From: Psammoneis japonica
Taxonomy: Eukaryota
Direction: 5' to 3'
Assembly: GCA_008632985.1 (NCBI GenBank)
Contig: QPGO01000026.1
Location: 372,001 to 436,000 of the forward strand
Length of the DNA: 64,000 nt
The notes under the pieces: generated by a model
Databases searched by the model: none
Seen by the model: the letters and a program-made list of their open reading frames with translations, nothing else
Told to the model about the DNA's origin: nothing
Program-made: the position numbers and the translations under genes
Shown here: positions 35,000 through 47,647 of the stretch, in pieces
Position numbering within the stretch: the first letter of the stretch is position 1
Layout: every line of letters begins with the position of its first letter

Positions 35000-37900
35000 C
35001 ATTTGAGTCAACTCAAGCCATTGAAAGCTGCACAAACACATGTGATGCAGACAATGACAACCAGGCCAACTGGCCCAGCATTGCACCAAAAACACATTGT
35101 CGCCACCACACAAAATGACACAAAACACAGGGGATGCCCCAACAGCACCCTGCTGCATGCAATGCATTGTGGGAATGTGCCAACAAAGCCAAGGGCTTTG
35201 CACACCCAAGCAAAAATGAAAAGACATGAGAAAGGTGAGAGTGCTGAAGTGCAGTGTGAAAACAAGCAGCTTTCAGAACAAAGCAAGAATGCTGCAGTGC
35301 TTTGGCCTGTCCTTGGCACTCAGATGAATTGACATGAGTTGCTTGAGCAGGAAACGCTCCTGTGTGGCAAGGTTGCACAGAGGTGAGCAGAAACAGCATC
35401 ATTGTAAAGTGGTTGCCAAACCAAACATGCAAAACTCAAGAACTTCCCTGCTTTCTTGTGACAGGCACCAACATGGCCTCCCTTGCGTGGCAAATGATGA
35501 CACCTGCCAAAGCCAGATGTTGTTAAAAGATTAAAACAATGGGAGCCAGACACTGACCAGAGCACAGACACCAATTGGAGCATGACACACAACACCAGCA
35601 CAGCCAAGAGCAACACATGATGATGCCACACAGACAGCAGAAAGTTGACTTTGGGTCTTGCTAGAAGCCCAAATTGCAGGGTGCACAAGCCAAACTGCCC
35701 ATGATGTGCAGCCAATGAAAGAGAGAGTTGATGAGATCAACTTGCATGGTTGTTCTCAGAAATGAGCTGTGTGAGCAACGTGTTGCATGTGTGCTGTTGC
35801 CAAGGTCAAAAGCTGGCAAGCCCTGTGTTTCGTCAATGTGTGTTGTTGTCCCCTGCTTTGCCAATTGGCTCAATTGTCAACACAAACATGCCAGCTGTTG
35901 TTGTGCTGCAAATGTGCACAAAGCTTGTCTTTTTAGCATTGCATGCTCTGCAAGACCAAACTTGACTGAGCCCAGTTTCTGGCTTTGCCGACATTTGCTC
36001 AATTGTCAAATGCTCTTTGACAGTGCTCAACAAGAACTTGTTGAGAACACAGGCTTCTTGTCAAGCACAGATCAACTCTGAACAAGAGCAACAACACAAT
36101 TTTTCACCAGACACTTGACATTCTTGACAACATTGTGAGAAGAACCAATGAGAGGACACTTTGGCAAACTCACCCAATGGACATCCCAAATGCACCAGTT
36201 GATGTGCACAATTTGTCAGCGGCAAGGCAGGCACAGGGCAGGGATGTGCAGCAGGAGGGACATTTGACTTGAAGCACGAGTGACCAAATGACAGGTCTTC
36301 TCAATTGCATGTTCTTCCCAAAGAATGAGAAGAATTTGCAGCTGCAAGTTGAAGACACTCATCACTTCTTCTGTTGCTTTTGATGGAATCGGGAATTCTC
36401 TTTGTGGATTTCATGACACCACATTGTCTCAGTCACAGATGCATGCTGCAGGCACCACAGTTGAGATTGCTTGGCAGATTAAAGATGGCACCTCTTGCTC
36501 AAGTCCAAAGATTTGACACACTGTGCCATGGAGAATCCAAAAATTAAGTTGATTGGTGCTGCAAGCAACAGTGTTGGACTCATTGGCAGCGATTGGGAGC
36601 TGGACGCTAGTGTGGATTTGATGCACATGCAGCATTTGACACAGCACACAGATTGGGATTTAGGATCATCCGTTGCTGACTGGCACGACAAAACACAGTT
36701 TTGACAACAGTCTTGACACAGCTGCCACTGCAGCAGTGCCAGAGTGGCAGTTGACTTGGCAATGAACTCGGCAGCAGTGCTCATTGGCTTTTTGCTGTTG
36801 CGTGCACAACATGTGTGTGGCATGCCAGCAGTCATCACAATCATCTGCTCTCTTTCCAGCAGGGCCCTGCTCTGGCAGTGCAATGCTGCAGCTGTCTGCT
36901 GCAAGGGCTGGTGGCCTTTGTGTCAAAGAAATGCACGAAACCATGTAGAGACATTTTTTCTTGCAGCTTCCTGGACCTCCATGCACCAAGTTTCTGCTCA
37001 CATGCAAGCGGGGCTAAAAGTGGTGCAGTTGGTGAATGACCTTGACATCCAGCCCTGACATGCATGCCAAAAATTGAAAATCTGCCAAACTTCATCCAAG
37101 ATTTACAAAGACGTTGCGTTGCTGTGAGAGCACTTGCGGCGCTGCAACTTTCTTTGATGCTGCAAGGCATTCTCACAGCCCATGCTGGAGCTGTCCTCAA
37201 AGATGCAGCAGGGAAGCTCTGTCAAAACGCCTCATCAATTGACCGCATTGGCAGTGTGGAGGTGTCTGAGTTGAAAAGGGGGCAGTGGACAAAGGAGAAT
37301 TCTTTGACACCTTTGCTGTTTGCAGTGTTCCCCTCTTCTTGCCGGTTTGTCTCTTGAAGGTTGGTTCTTCTTGTTCAGAGTGCTGCCGCCACGTGGTTGG
37401 CCATCACGCATGTGAACAATGGAGTTGGCACCATTGTCCTGAGTTGGAAGGCATCAACAAAAGATGCTGCACTCAGTTTGACAGTGAGATGGTTGATGCT
37501 CTAAGCTCCAAATCCGTTGCCATGAACAAGTCAATCAATGTCATGGGACAAGAAAGTGGACCACCCTGCACTGTTCTTGGTGTGGCAAGATCCCTGGTGA
37601 CCACTGCAATGGCAATTCTCATGGGTGTTGGTGGCGTGCCTCAGTTTTTGCCCTGCTCTGTGTGCTTGGAACTAGACAGCCAGGAGAAGTGTCCATTGTT
37701 TGGTTGCTTCACTGCATCTGGAACAGGCCATGCCATTCCCAAACCTCAATGCTGGTGTGACATTGTTGGGACCAAGAACCTTGTCCTCTTCCACAAAGAT
37801 GAAGAGGTGTGCTCTTTGCAAGCTGCGAACAAGGTTGACACCACAAGAAAGCATTGTCTTGACATGGAAGTCTGGGCAATTGGCATTGCTGTCAAGCTTG

Positions 37901-39050
37901 TTGGCAATGAAAGTGTCATGGACAAAAAGGGAGCTTGACAGGCACAAATGCGCATCATGTTGTTGCTCTCATCAACTCTGGGAGCTGCATCATTCTGATG
38001 AAAGAAGCTTGTTGGCAAGGCCTCGCAGGAAATGGAGATCATGTGTGGCTGTTTGTCAGGTCATTGACCATTGTGCTGAAAACAGAAGAGCTGGAATTTG
38101 AGAAAGGATCTTGTCTGGACAGAGCAACGACAGGCATTGGTGTGCAGGAAGTGCAGGAGGATGTGTTGCTTGGATGTTCTTGTTCCAACCAGGCAAAGCA
38201 TGTTTCTCAACCAGTTCTGTGTTGTTCCGTCTCATCAACACAGGATTGGTTGCTCTTGTTGAACATTTTGGTGAATCTGATTGGTTTGGTGGGTTCATGG
38301 AGGAATTTTTAAAGCTTGGAGAGGACAAGCAAGCTTTGGAGTTCATCAATTCTTGCCAACCTTGCAACAACTCCAATGTTCCTCCACAGTCTTTCAAGAA
38401 AATAATCCAGTCAGGACCTGGCTTTGTGCACGTCACTGTCATTGCTGTGGCGTTGTCTGCATGTCAGACATCCAAGCCGGGTGTCCACTTTGATGGGGAG
38501 GGCCACTCAAGTCAGTTGTCAAAAGTTTGTTCAAAAGAATTGTGGGTCCAATCAAGATTCTGCCTGACATGTCCCCAAGCTGCTTTGGAGATGGCGTGCA
38601 TTGAGTGCAAAACCAAGTTTGTTCTTCCTTCTGAGTTGAAAGATGTCAAACTCATTTTTCAGAGCATGGCAATGGATTGAAGCTGAGTTGTGTGTGTGCC
38701 CTGCTTTTTCAGGAGAGAACAGCATCAAAGCACTTTTGCATGCAGAGCATTTTTTCAAAAAACCACAAATCAGTTGCAGTGCACTGCTGGTCCTGAGTTG
38801 TCCAACAACTTTTAAAAAATTGTTTGTGTGACATCTTGGAAGGAAAGAGGATGAACGTCATGTTGCAAGTGCTCCACAACAAGATGATCATGTAGATGAG
38901 GATTTGACAAAGCAGTCCAGGCCTTCTGCTCATGTTGTGCAAAACCTGCAGCACATGATGTCATGAAAACCTGCTTGCCTGTCTGCAAAAAGCAACATTC
39001 TGCTGAAGTGGAGCTCATGATGACCACCTGGAAATGACACTTTGTCATGC
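35000..39050 (-). mobile_element. Highly degenerate retroelement, probably non-LTR (RT remnants)
   Basis: Minus-strand remnants QDNGANSI (~37430, cf. QGNGASP), SIDE (~37235, cf. FVDD) and ALTAT (~37125) occur in RT order. Boundaries are guesses. Confidence 0.35.
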
Positions 39051-40099
39051 CAGCTGATTGCACTGGCCCTGCTCTCACAGAGCAGAAGATGAAGTGGATG
39101 GGCAGTCACCCCACATTGGAGCAGGGAAGAGCCTTGTCATGGACTTTGTGCTGGACTTGCAAACCTCCACATGAGCAATGAGAAGATCTTTGCTGATGGC
39201 CAGAATGACCCCAAGCAAGTGCAGCCATGACAGCAGGAGTGTCAGCAGCATCAGCAACAATGGAGATGGCAGCAACCACAACAAGGGCAAAGACTGCAGC
39301 AGATGTGGCAATGGCAGAGGTGAGCCCAAGCCTGATGATCTTTTCCCAGGTCCATGGTGCCAAGGACCTCATGCATGACATCGGCACTGCAACAATTTCA
39401 GCAACCCTGTCTGTCAAGGCCCACCAAATCACAGCAGTGGTGGCCAATGAGGCCAACAACTTGGTGGTCAAGGTGGCCATGATGACAATGGTGGGCATGT
39501 TTCTGAAGGCTGAGGTGGTGGTGGTGGGTGCCACAGCAGCCACAGCAGTGACCAAGGAGGCAACTGCCACTGCCACAACCCAAGTCATGGAGGTGTTGAA
39601 AGCTGAGGTGACAATCAAGGTGGTGGCAGCCATCATTGCCACAATGATCAAACCCACCAGGCTCAGAGTCAGGGCAGCTGGAGCAGTGCTGCCCAAGTGA
39701 ATGGCTGCAGCCAGGCTTGTGGAGCTCCTCACATTGAAGCATGCTGCCATTTTGGCCTCATTGGACAAAATCATCTGTGTGAAGGAGGTGTGGCAAGAAA
39801 CTCATCCAATGGACAGTGTCCTCAACACAGCTGGTTGGGAGCTGTGATTGCTCCAAAGATGAGTGCCCCAGCTGCCACATTGTTTTGAAGATTGTGCTGA
39901 ACTTCATCCATGAAAATCTGTGACTCAGGGGCTTCAGATGCTCTCCCTCATTCATTGCAGTTGTCATGTCTCCCTCATTTTTGGTTGTTTCCTCTGGAGT
40001 GAGTGCTTGCTGAAGCCTGTCAGCAGCAGTTTCAGCCTGACGGCAAGTGATGACATTGGTTTGCAAGGTTTCAACACATGTTTTCATCTCAATCTTCTC

Positions 40100-41100
40100 A
40101 TTGAGTCATGGCTGTGCATTCAAGTCTTGGACAAAGTGACACATCTCTTGCCAGCAGGACTGAGTTGGGCATTGAAATTTGAGCAAAATTGTCAAATGCC
40201 ACATGATGCTGCCCGAGGTGAGACCATGCCTGTGATGACGTTTGGGACCAAACCAACGGAGTGAGAGTGCCATGGCGATGTTCCAAGGCACAAATCAACT
40301 CAAGAACAAGAGCCCCAATTGGGCACAAACTTGTTTGACCACAGTTTGTTGTCAAGAAAGCAGGCTGGCCAAGCTGGAGGAGGAAAGTGCCAAATTTTGG
40401 GTTTTGCTGGTGCTCTTGCAAAAAGCTCAAATTGAAATTGGAGAGGCTTGTTGGGCACGGGGTGCAGTCATGCACAGTGTTTGCATGCTGACCTCTGCTG
40501 CCTTTTGCCATTGATGCTTGGCATGAATGAGTTCAGCTCATGACAAATCCTGCAAATCATGAACCCTCTTTTTGGCAGTGCAGTTTTGGAAATGAGCATT
40601 GACTCCACAAAAGGAAATTGACTGTGGCTCTCTCCTTTTTGATCACAGAGAGGTGTGCATTGTCACCAAAACACATGTCATCAGCATGGCAGCAGCAAGT
40701 GCACGTGCACTCCACAAGAGCAAGAACAGAACTCAAATGGGTGTTGGCTGCAAACAAAAGAGAAGCCACTGTGATGGTCAACAAACACATGGCTGCACAG
40801 CAGCATCTTTTTGTTGTTGCCCAGCCTTTCAACTGAGCAGCAAGGCCTGGGGTTGTTGCACCCAGCTGATTGACCAATGCATGCTGAATGGGCTCTGCCA
40901 TCTTGAACATTTTGTGTTGTTTGGTGTTGCCTTTGAAAGCAGCACATTGAGAAACACGACACTGTGCAAGCTGCCAAGGCAAATCTCCATTTTGAGCCAT
41001 GGCCTGGATCTGAGAAAATGAAAGATGACTGAGTTGGCAGTGCTGGCATGAAATTTCATTCAACAGGCTCATTGGTGTGATCAGCTCATCATCATCTGTG
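40100..41100 (-). mobile_element. Degenerate Ty1/Copia (CoDi-like) integrase fragment
   Basis: HCQLSHLSFSQIQAMAQNGDLP..LAQC...VNQLGATTPGLAAQLKGWATTKRCCCA + VFVDHHSGFSFV match HYRLGHLSF..IQ...VDQLES.TPGLIAQLKG.PT.KRY..ATVFVDH. Confidence 0.8.
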
Positions 41101-41222
41101 GCTGGAGCTTGATCAAAATGACCCATTGAGAGGTTGAAGCGGACTGCACTCATGCCAGGTGAAGGCACTGGTTGCTGCAGTCAAGCAGGTTGTTGCAAGC
41201 CAAAGCAGAAGATCTCACAAAA

Positions 41223-42088
41223 TCACCTGCTGGAGGGTTGTTCTGAACATCCAGAATGGGTTGGATGGCAGCCGACATGGCAGCAAAAAAAGTGGTGGTG
41301 CTGGCGTCTGACGTCATTTGGATGGGCACGGCGTTGCTTGGGGGCTCTGGTGGCTTCTGCAAGAATTTTGAACCAAGTCAGGTCTCTGCAGCACAGAGGA
41401 AGTGTGTGGCTTTGTTGCAGTTCATGCAGCAGAGAGTAAAACAGCAAAGCAGACAACAAAGCAGTGATCAGATTTGCGAGTTTCCAAACTGTCAGCACAA
41501 AAACCATGCTGCTCGACACCAAAAATCAAAGAAAGAAAACACAGGAAGTGACTCGTCTTTGCACTGGAACCAACATGGATGAACATGGTGTAAAAACTTG
41601 TCAGGAACGAGAAGTTCTTGAGTGCATAAAAGAAGAATAAGAAGAGAAGTGAGGCTCCATTCTCGTTTTGAACCTTTTTGGAGCTCCAATGGTGTCCGCC
41701 CGTTGCGTCACTTGATCTTGGGGGGCGACTTTGGAAGTGAGATCGTCGAAGGCGGTCTGATCGCCAGTGCGTTTTGGGGTTTTCCCAGTACATTTTGTAC
41801 GCGCAAGAAAACACGTAGGATCTGTCCAGAGGTCCCAAATACCCAATCGCACTGATTGACAGACTGTTTTAGTACAAATTCTACGTAACTTTCTTCGACA
41901 GTCTCACTTCCGAAGACGTCCCCCAATCTGTGATTGGTCTTCAGACGTTGATGGCGGTCTTTTGCCGATCTTTGTACATGGATATAGACATTGTCACCCG
42001 CGTCTAACTGCGGGCTGAAGGTTGAGATCGTTGTCGTTTGATTGTGTTGATGTTGTTGTTCTTGTGGGTATTTCAAGTTGTCGTTCAT
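41223..42088 (-). pseudogene. Probable host membrane-protein gene disrupted by a MITE
   Basis: ORF from ATG 42088 is interrupted by the 207-bp MITE and followed by hydrophobic segments (LLFLFFFYALKNF; FLCFLSLIFGV; LITALLSALLFY). It decays towards the Copia relic. Confidence 0.45.
41719..41925. mobile_element. 207-bp MITE, TIR TGGGGG.., 4-bp TSD ATCT
   Basis: Reverse-complement copy of 19346-19552, with atct on both sides. Confidence 0.92.
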
Positions 42089-42445
42089 GACTTCGCCTTT
42101 TTTGACTGTGAGTAGGCCCTCTACTCTCTAGGGCCTAGAGTAGCTAGCTCTCTACTCTAACTACAAGAGAGGGCCCTCGTAAACGCGGGAGATCGGGTTT
42201 CGAGTTCCCGGTTCGCATTCGACACCGAACATTTATTGCAAATCAGTCGTACTACAGAAGTTAGCAAAAAAAAGGAAGGAAAACAACAATAAGGAAAACA
42301 AAAAAGTGAAAGCTTGCGAGCACTATACTATGCATTGAACCTTATTTCTCTTTTCGAATCAAAAGTTACTGCAATCAGTTCCACCATCACAAAGAACAAG
42401 AGACCTTGAGGATTACATTGAATTAGTGTCTCGGAAGCCCTAACC

Positions 42446-44176
42446 ATGCTTCTCCGCAATATATCATCTCTATCATCACCATGGCGCTCGACAGCACGGT
42501 TTGCACTGTTAACAGCTTCAATGCTACTGCTTTTTCAGGAGTTGTCTGCCGCATTCGAATTCGTTTGTCCGATAAATGGTCCAGAGGACTCGTCCACGGA
42601 ACTCCAGGCGAAAGACGAAAATGGCCCGGATTTTTCGGCTATCTCCGGATTGGCCTTCTCTTCCATCCAAACAGGACCTTCAGGTCAGCCTGTCATGTAT
42701 GCCAACATTGATAGAAGAAATGGCAAAAGGTTGGGTGTTTTCGATTCGGGTTCCGGAGAACGGTTGTTAACGCTGCGCATTCCAAGCCTTCCTTCAGTCT
42801 TTGCTTGGGAGTCTCTTGCCATTGGATCGTGCGGTATTCATGGGGAGGCCGCATCGTGTATCTACATTGGTGATATCGGCGACGGCTATGCAAACCTAAG
42901 CGGCGGGGCAGTATCGGGAAGACAGGGAAACCCGTATCGAATCTACAAGATAAGAGAACCAGATATAAGAAAGTTCAATGACAATGATGCCATTCCAGCG
43001 AAAGATGCGTATGCATTGGAATATGATTACCATCACCCATCATCTCCCACCACATTTGCTGATTGTCAAGCCATGTTTTTGGACCATCAGGGTTGGGGGG
43101 AAGGAGAGAGTAAAGGCGATCTTTACTTAGTTACCAAATGGGGCGAAGATTACAAAGAATACAACACGAGGTTGTTTCAAATTCCCGCATCTGCCTGGGA
43201 TTTGTCAGATGTTCCTTATTCACCTGCTTCTGTTGGGGATTGTCCCAATGAGGGTCACTTATATGGCAAATCGTTTACAATGGCAGATATGACATTGGAC
43301 GGCACTCTGATCGCTTTTGGTGGTGCAGCTAGATGCACAGTTGTGTTTCCGCGATGTCCCGGCGTAAGTGTCGCTGAAGCCCTGACGGGTGATGCCAAGG
43401 GATGCGTAAGATGGCAGCACATCCCGGGCCGAACGGAAACCTTCGCATGGAGCTCGGATGGATCCCGAAATCTGATCATATCGGAACGCGAATCCTGCGA
43501 CCCACGAGGCCCGCCCTTAGCCTGGACCACCATGGATTACGATTCTCCAGAAGCAACGATCATAAGGTGCCCGAACAAAGAGGCAAATGTGTGGTCTGTA
43601 AGAACAACGCTAGGGTGTCCCACTCCCACTTTCTCACCCATTTCTAAATTCCCGCCTCCATTCTCTTATGTGTTTGCCGACCTGAAGTGCCAGTACTCCG
43701 CATGCCTCGAGGAGTACAAGACAAAGTTTGACTTTGCGCCTGAAGGGTTTGGAGAAGTAATGCTTTCCAGATCTGAGGAACAAGCAGAGGCCATCAAGAA
43801 TGTGACGGACCTTGGAGACATAATCCAGTCTGCGGCAATGATGAGAGCTTCGCTCAAGTATTTTCAGCATTATCGTGCAGTAGCTCTTAACAAGGGACGG
43901 CTAAATGCACAAACGTTTGCTGACTGCGCAGGTAGATTCGGGGGGAAATGCTCGGTTGACTTTCTTAAAAATGTGATTGAAGCGGTGTCAAATGAGTATG
44001 AGCTCTCGTATGAGGGGAAGCTTGTGAAAGCAGAAAACTATTTGGAGCGAGCTAAGGCTTTCCTGCGCGAGAAGAATTGGTGGCTCGCCTCCTCTAGGGC
44101 CTCGTGGGGCATTCGCCTTATCCTCGAAAGCCTTGATAATGATCTCGTCGGCGCTCCACAATTGTGCGAAGAATAA
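42446..44176 (+). CDS. Secreted beta-propeller-like protein, paralog 2 (diverged)
   Basis: 576-aa ORF with signal peptide. Motifs SGLAFS, WESLAIG, IYIGDIGD, DCQAMFLD, LYLVTK and TMADMTLDG, plus a helical C-terminal domain. Confidence 0.88.
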   Translation: MLLRNISSLSSPWRSTARFALLTASMLLLFQELSAAFEFVCPINGPEDSSTELQAKDENGPDFSAISGLAFSSIQTGPSGQPVMYANIDRRNGKRLGVFDSGSGERLLTLRIPSLPSVFAWESLAIGSCGIHGEAASCIYIGDIGDGYANLSGGAVSGRQGNPYRIYKIREPDIRKFNDNDAIPAKDAYALEYDYHHPSSPTTFADCQAMFLDHQGWGEGESKGDLYLVTKWGEDYKEYNTRLFQIPASAWDLSDVPYSPASVGDCPNEGHLYGKSFTMADMTLDGTLIAFGGAARCTVVFPRCPGVSVAEALTGDAKGCVRWQHIPGRTETFAWSSDGSRNLIISERESCDPRGPPLAWTTMDYDSPEATIIRCPNKEANVWSVRTTLGCPTPTFSPISKFPPPFSYVFADLKCQYSACLEEYKTKFDFAPEGFGEVMLSRSEEQAEAIKNVTDLGDIIQSAAMMRASLKYFQHYRAVALNKGRLNAQTFADCAGRFGGKCSVDFLKNVIEAVSNEYELSYEGKLVKAENYLERAKAFLREKNWWLASSRASWGIRLILESLDNDLVGAPQLCEE

Positions 44177-44594
44177 GTAGAGAAGACGGACATGTTTCCG
44201 TCCTTCAGTGTTGACTAGAGGCAGGCAGCGATTTCAATTTGTCGGGCGGATTCATGACAGCGGTGTGCGGTGTCATGGCCCAGTTGGAATGCTCTAACAA
44301 TGTCCATAATTGCTGTATAGACTACATGTGCAAATAATTGGTTTGCTGTTTCTACTTATAAGAGGGTGTTGCAATCCAAGCATGAGCAGGCATCCCAACT
44401 CACCGCAGAGCCTTGATGCTGTTCCAGAGGCTCAGATTTTTCTTCCTCTTATTGACCAGACAGAGCTGTTGGGAGTGCGCTCAGATTGATCTTGATGCAT
44501 GGCAAATTCCACAGTGCTCAAGATGCGTCGTGAAAATTGCAAAGAAAGATCTCAATGAATTTTGTGTTTTGTTGACACAGATTTACGTTTTTAT

Positions 44595-46500
44595 GTTTTC
44601 AGGAGTGACCCAATGCCCAGAACCCAGAGCAGAGAGTCAAGATGCAAAGTGGAACTCGGAAAGGTTCACAGTGAGTCAAATGGCAATTTGCAGCAGGGCC
44701 GCAACTTGAAAGGAGCCAAGGATGTCAGAGAACCTTGCTCACCAGGCGCATGGATGATTGGGATGCAGCTGAGCACAAGATGTTGGTTCAATCAACTGAG
44801 CTGCTGCTTGAGAGCAATCTAAAGAACATTCAATGGGAGGAGATGCCAGAGCAGTGCACCAAGACATTCAATGGAATGGGGCTGCAAGGAAAACCTCCCA
44901 GAGCAGCAGTCAGGTGCATTTTTGCTTGAATGCAAAAAAGGTGGAACACTCACCCTGGAGGACATCAATGAGAAGACCAAAGACACTGTGTTTGAGGTGC
45001 TAAAATCAAAACACCCAAACCAGACAAATCTGAAGGAAGATCAGCCCATTTTTACAAATTTGGTGATCTGCCTGAACTTCAAGATGTCATCATTGCTGAC
45101 AGCACCATCAAGACCATCATGCAAAGACCATCAGGGAGTGCAGGCCTTGGCAGATCTGATGCTGATGCAGCATCAGGGCAGCTTCTCTGACATGGAAAGG
45201 CCAGTGAATTGCTTTGAGAAGCATTGCACACATTGAAGAACTGGCTGTCAAATGAGTCACTCACATGGGCCACCTGTCGTGCACTCATGGCAAAGCCACT
45301 TTTGTTGCACTGGACAAAAATCTGGGCATCCATTCGGTCAGTGTGGGGGGAGGTGTGGCAGAGAGCAGCAAGCAGCCAAAGCCATTCTCCTGGTTGCTGG
45401 AGTGGAAGCTGAGGATGCTTGTGGCGCACAGATGAGCTGTGTGCAGGTCTGGAAGCAGGCACCAAAAGCACAATTCATGCAATGAATTTGCTTTGGCAGC
45501 AAAAAAAAAGTTCTGGATGACTGAGGATTTCTTTTTGTTGATGCCTCTGAAATTCTCTGTCAACCATGCCCTTCAGTGCAAGAAGGGTGGTCCAGTCATC
45601 TCTCACAACATGATGAGGCAGGAAGTTTGTGGTTGCCCATGTGACCTCATTGGCAAGATTTGCAAGCCTTCCTGTGTGCATGATGTGCCCCTGATCAACC
45701 CTGCTGGTCACCTCTCAGGAAGCTCAAGCACCTCTGACCATTGTCAACCAATTGCTAGAATCGGTTGCAAACAGCCTGCGATTGATTGCAATGATGGTTG
45801 CAAACTTGATTGCAATGACCTGATTGTTGGGAAAGAGCCAAGGTCGCAATCACAATCGACTGTTGCAATCATTTGCAATCAAAATTCAAGCTCTTTTTGT
45901 GGCTAAAATCAGTGAAACAGCTAGATTTCTTCACCTGCGGCGGGCTTTTCTCCTGTGCGGAGTGCAAGTCAGACCGCGCAATCGCTGTGCGATTGCAGTT
46001 GACCAATTGCTGCTCCGCAGCAATGCAATCGCATGGTTGCAATCTGATTGCTGCAGAAAACTTTGCAACCAGTTGACACTGCCTCTGACAGTCAATCAGG
46101 CAGCACAAACTCCAACATGTCTGAGGATGGAGACTGCAGAGATCTTCTGTTGATCTTCTGTTGCACAGACTTTGGGATGGAAGGACAGACACAGTCATGG
46201 ACATTTGAGCTCCAAACACTCACCCGAAGTCACACCTGTCCAAGACACCAGAACAAGTCCCAGCAAATCCCAAACATGAGAAAAAGTGCAAGCATCTCAA
46301 GCCCTGCCTTGAGAAATGTTGTCATTTTGCTCTCTTCAATGTGTCACGCGACAGGCTGATTGGCAAAGAAGAGACCAAAGTGGCACTTTGGATGATCTCC
46401 TTTCAGCCAGCCAACAAGTGGCAGAAGCCACATTTGGAGATGTGCAGCTGTGCCAATGCTGGAATGAGCATTGCAACAGTGTGAGCAACTCATTGTTGCA
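44595..46500 (+). mobile_element. Degenerate, internally deleted CRE-like non-LTR retrotransposon
   Basis: KWNSERF, LTRRMDDWD, LQGK..RAAVR, VLKSKHP, AKAILLVAGVEAEDACG..ELCAGLEAG and CKKGGPVISHN (zinc knuckle), then REL endonuclease-like DFGMEGQT. Confidence 0.75.
45739..46081. mobile_element. 343-bp hAT-type MITE, 8-bp TSD CCTCTGAC
   Basis: cctctgac|CATTGTCAAC...GTTGACACTG|cctctgac. Interior is packed with GCAATC/GATTGC/GGTTGCA subterminal motifs. Nested in the CRE-like relic. Confidence 0.88.
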
Positions 46501-47040
46501 TCAGAGGACCATGCATCCCCTCATCTCAGATCAGTTCCAGGTGGCCCCAGTGGGAAGACGGCACTGATGGTCTGTCCCTTTGCCAACACCAAAGGTCCTC
46601 ATTTGAGCCAAGCCTCACCCCACAGGATGGAAACCCAACAACCCTTTGTCATTGCACACCACCAAGAACATGCTCCCATGATCAACATGCCCATGCAAAT
46701 GCAGTGGTTGTGGCACCAGAATCTGTTTGAATTTCATGTGCATGAGTGAAGAAACTGCCCCTTGCTTGCACAACTGCACTGGTTGCACAAGTCCAAAATG
46801 ACCATTTGATCTGCTCTTGTGTTGATTGGCACCACGTGCTTGGCATTGACCTTCAATCCAATGCTCACTTGGAACTCAGATTTGGTGGCACCTGTCAGCA
46901 CCCGCCATCCTCTGACACTTGCTTGGGATGACTGGACTTGATGATGTGTGGCTGAGATGCAGAACTTGGAAGAGAATGCAGAGACATGTTGCTGAAATTG
47001 GGTTGGTTTGCAGGGGCCAACTGTCCAGGGCTGAGATGGC

Positions 47041-47241
47041 TCCACAGCAGCCTGGACAGGCTGGGACTTCTGTGTTGAAGGAGGCCACCTCCCAACCTGT
47101 GACCAGCTTGTCATGTGTGCACAGTGGTTGCAGCCATGAAGTCCAGGGCTTGGACAGCTCCACAGCAGCCCAGACAGGCTGGGAGACTTCTGTGCCAAAG
47201 GAGGCCACCTCCCAACCTGAAACCAGTTTGTTGTGTGCACA
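47041..47241. repeat. Tandem repeat, ~120-bp period x2
   Basis: ccacagcagcc...ggaggccacctcccaacctg...tgtgtgcaca occurs twice. Confidence 0.8.
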
Positions 47242-47647
47242 TGCCAGTTGTGTGAAGGGGACAATTGTTTGGAAATGTCTCCAACAACTGTCCTCAAAAT
47301 GGGTGCAGACCCTTTTGAACTAGAGAGTTGGGTGAAATGGTGCCTTGAATTTGTTGAGTTGATCAAGGCACCAAAACCTGCATCTTGCCACAAAGCCAAA
47401 GGGTTGGCATTTGACCTTGCAGCATCATGTCTGAGGCTTGGATGGCACTTCAGTTGCTAGAAAAAGCCCTGTGCCAGCCAGAGCAAAGCAACAAAGCTTT
47501 GCTTGGCTCCCCCACCTGCTGCTCCAACAGCAGCAAGGATGTTGGGCCTTGACACATGTGCCGCCCCGATTGGATCTGAATCTGCACAGACCAAATTTTG
47601 GACCTGGAACCCATGAGACAGTGAGGCAGGTGCAAAAGAGGGCTCTG

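Noticed and set aside
39106..39774. Long Ala/Val/Thr-rich ORFs on both strands
   Set aside because: Off-frame readings of a degenerate Gly-rich low-complexity stretch in a converted block; no assignable protein.
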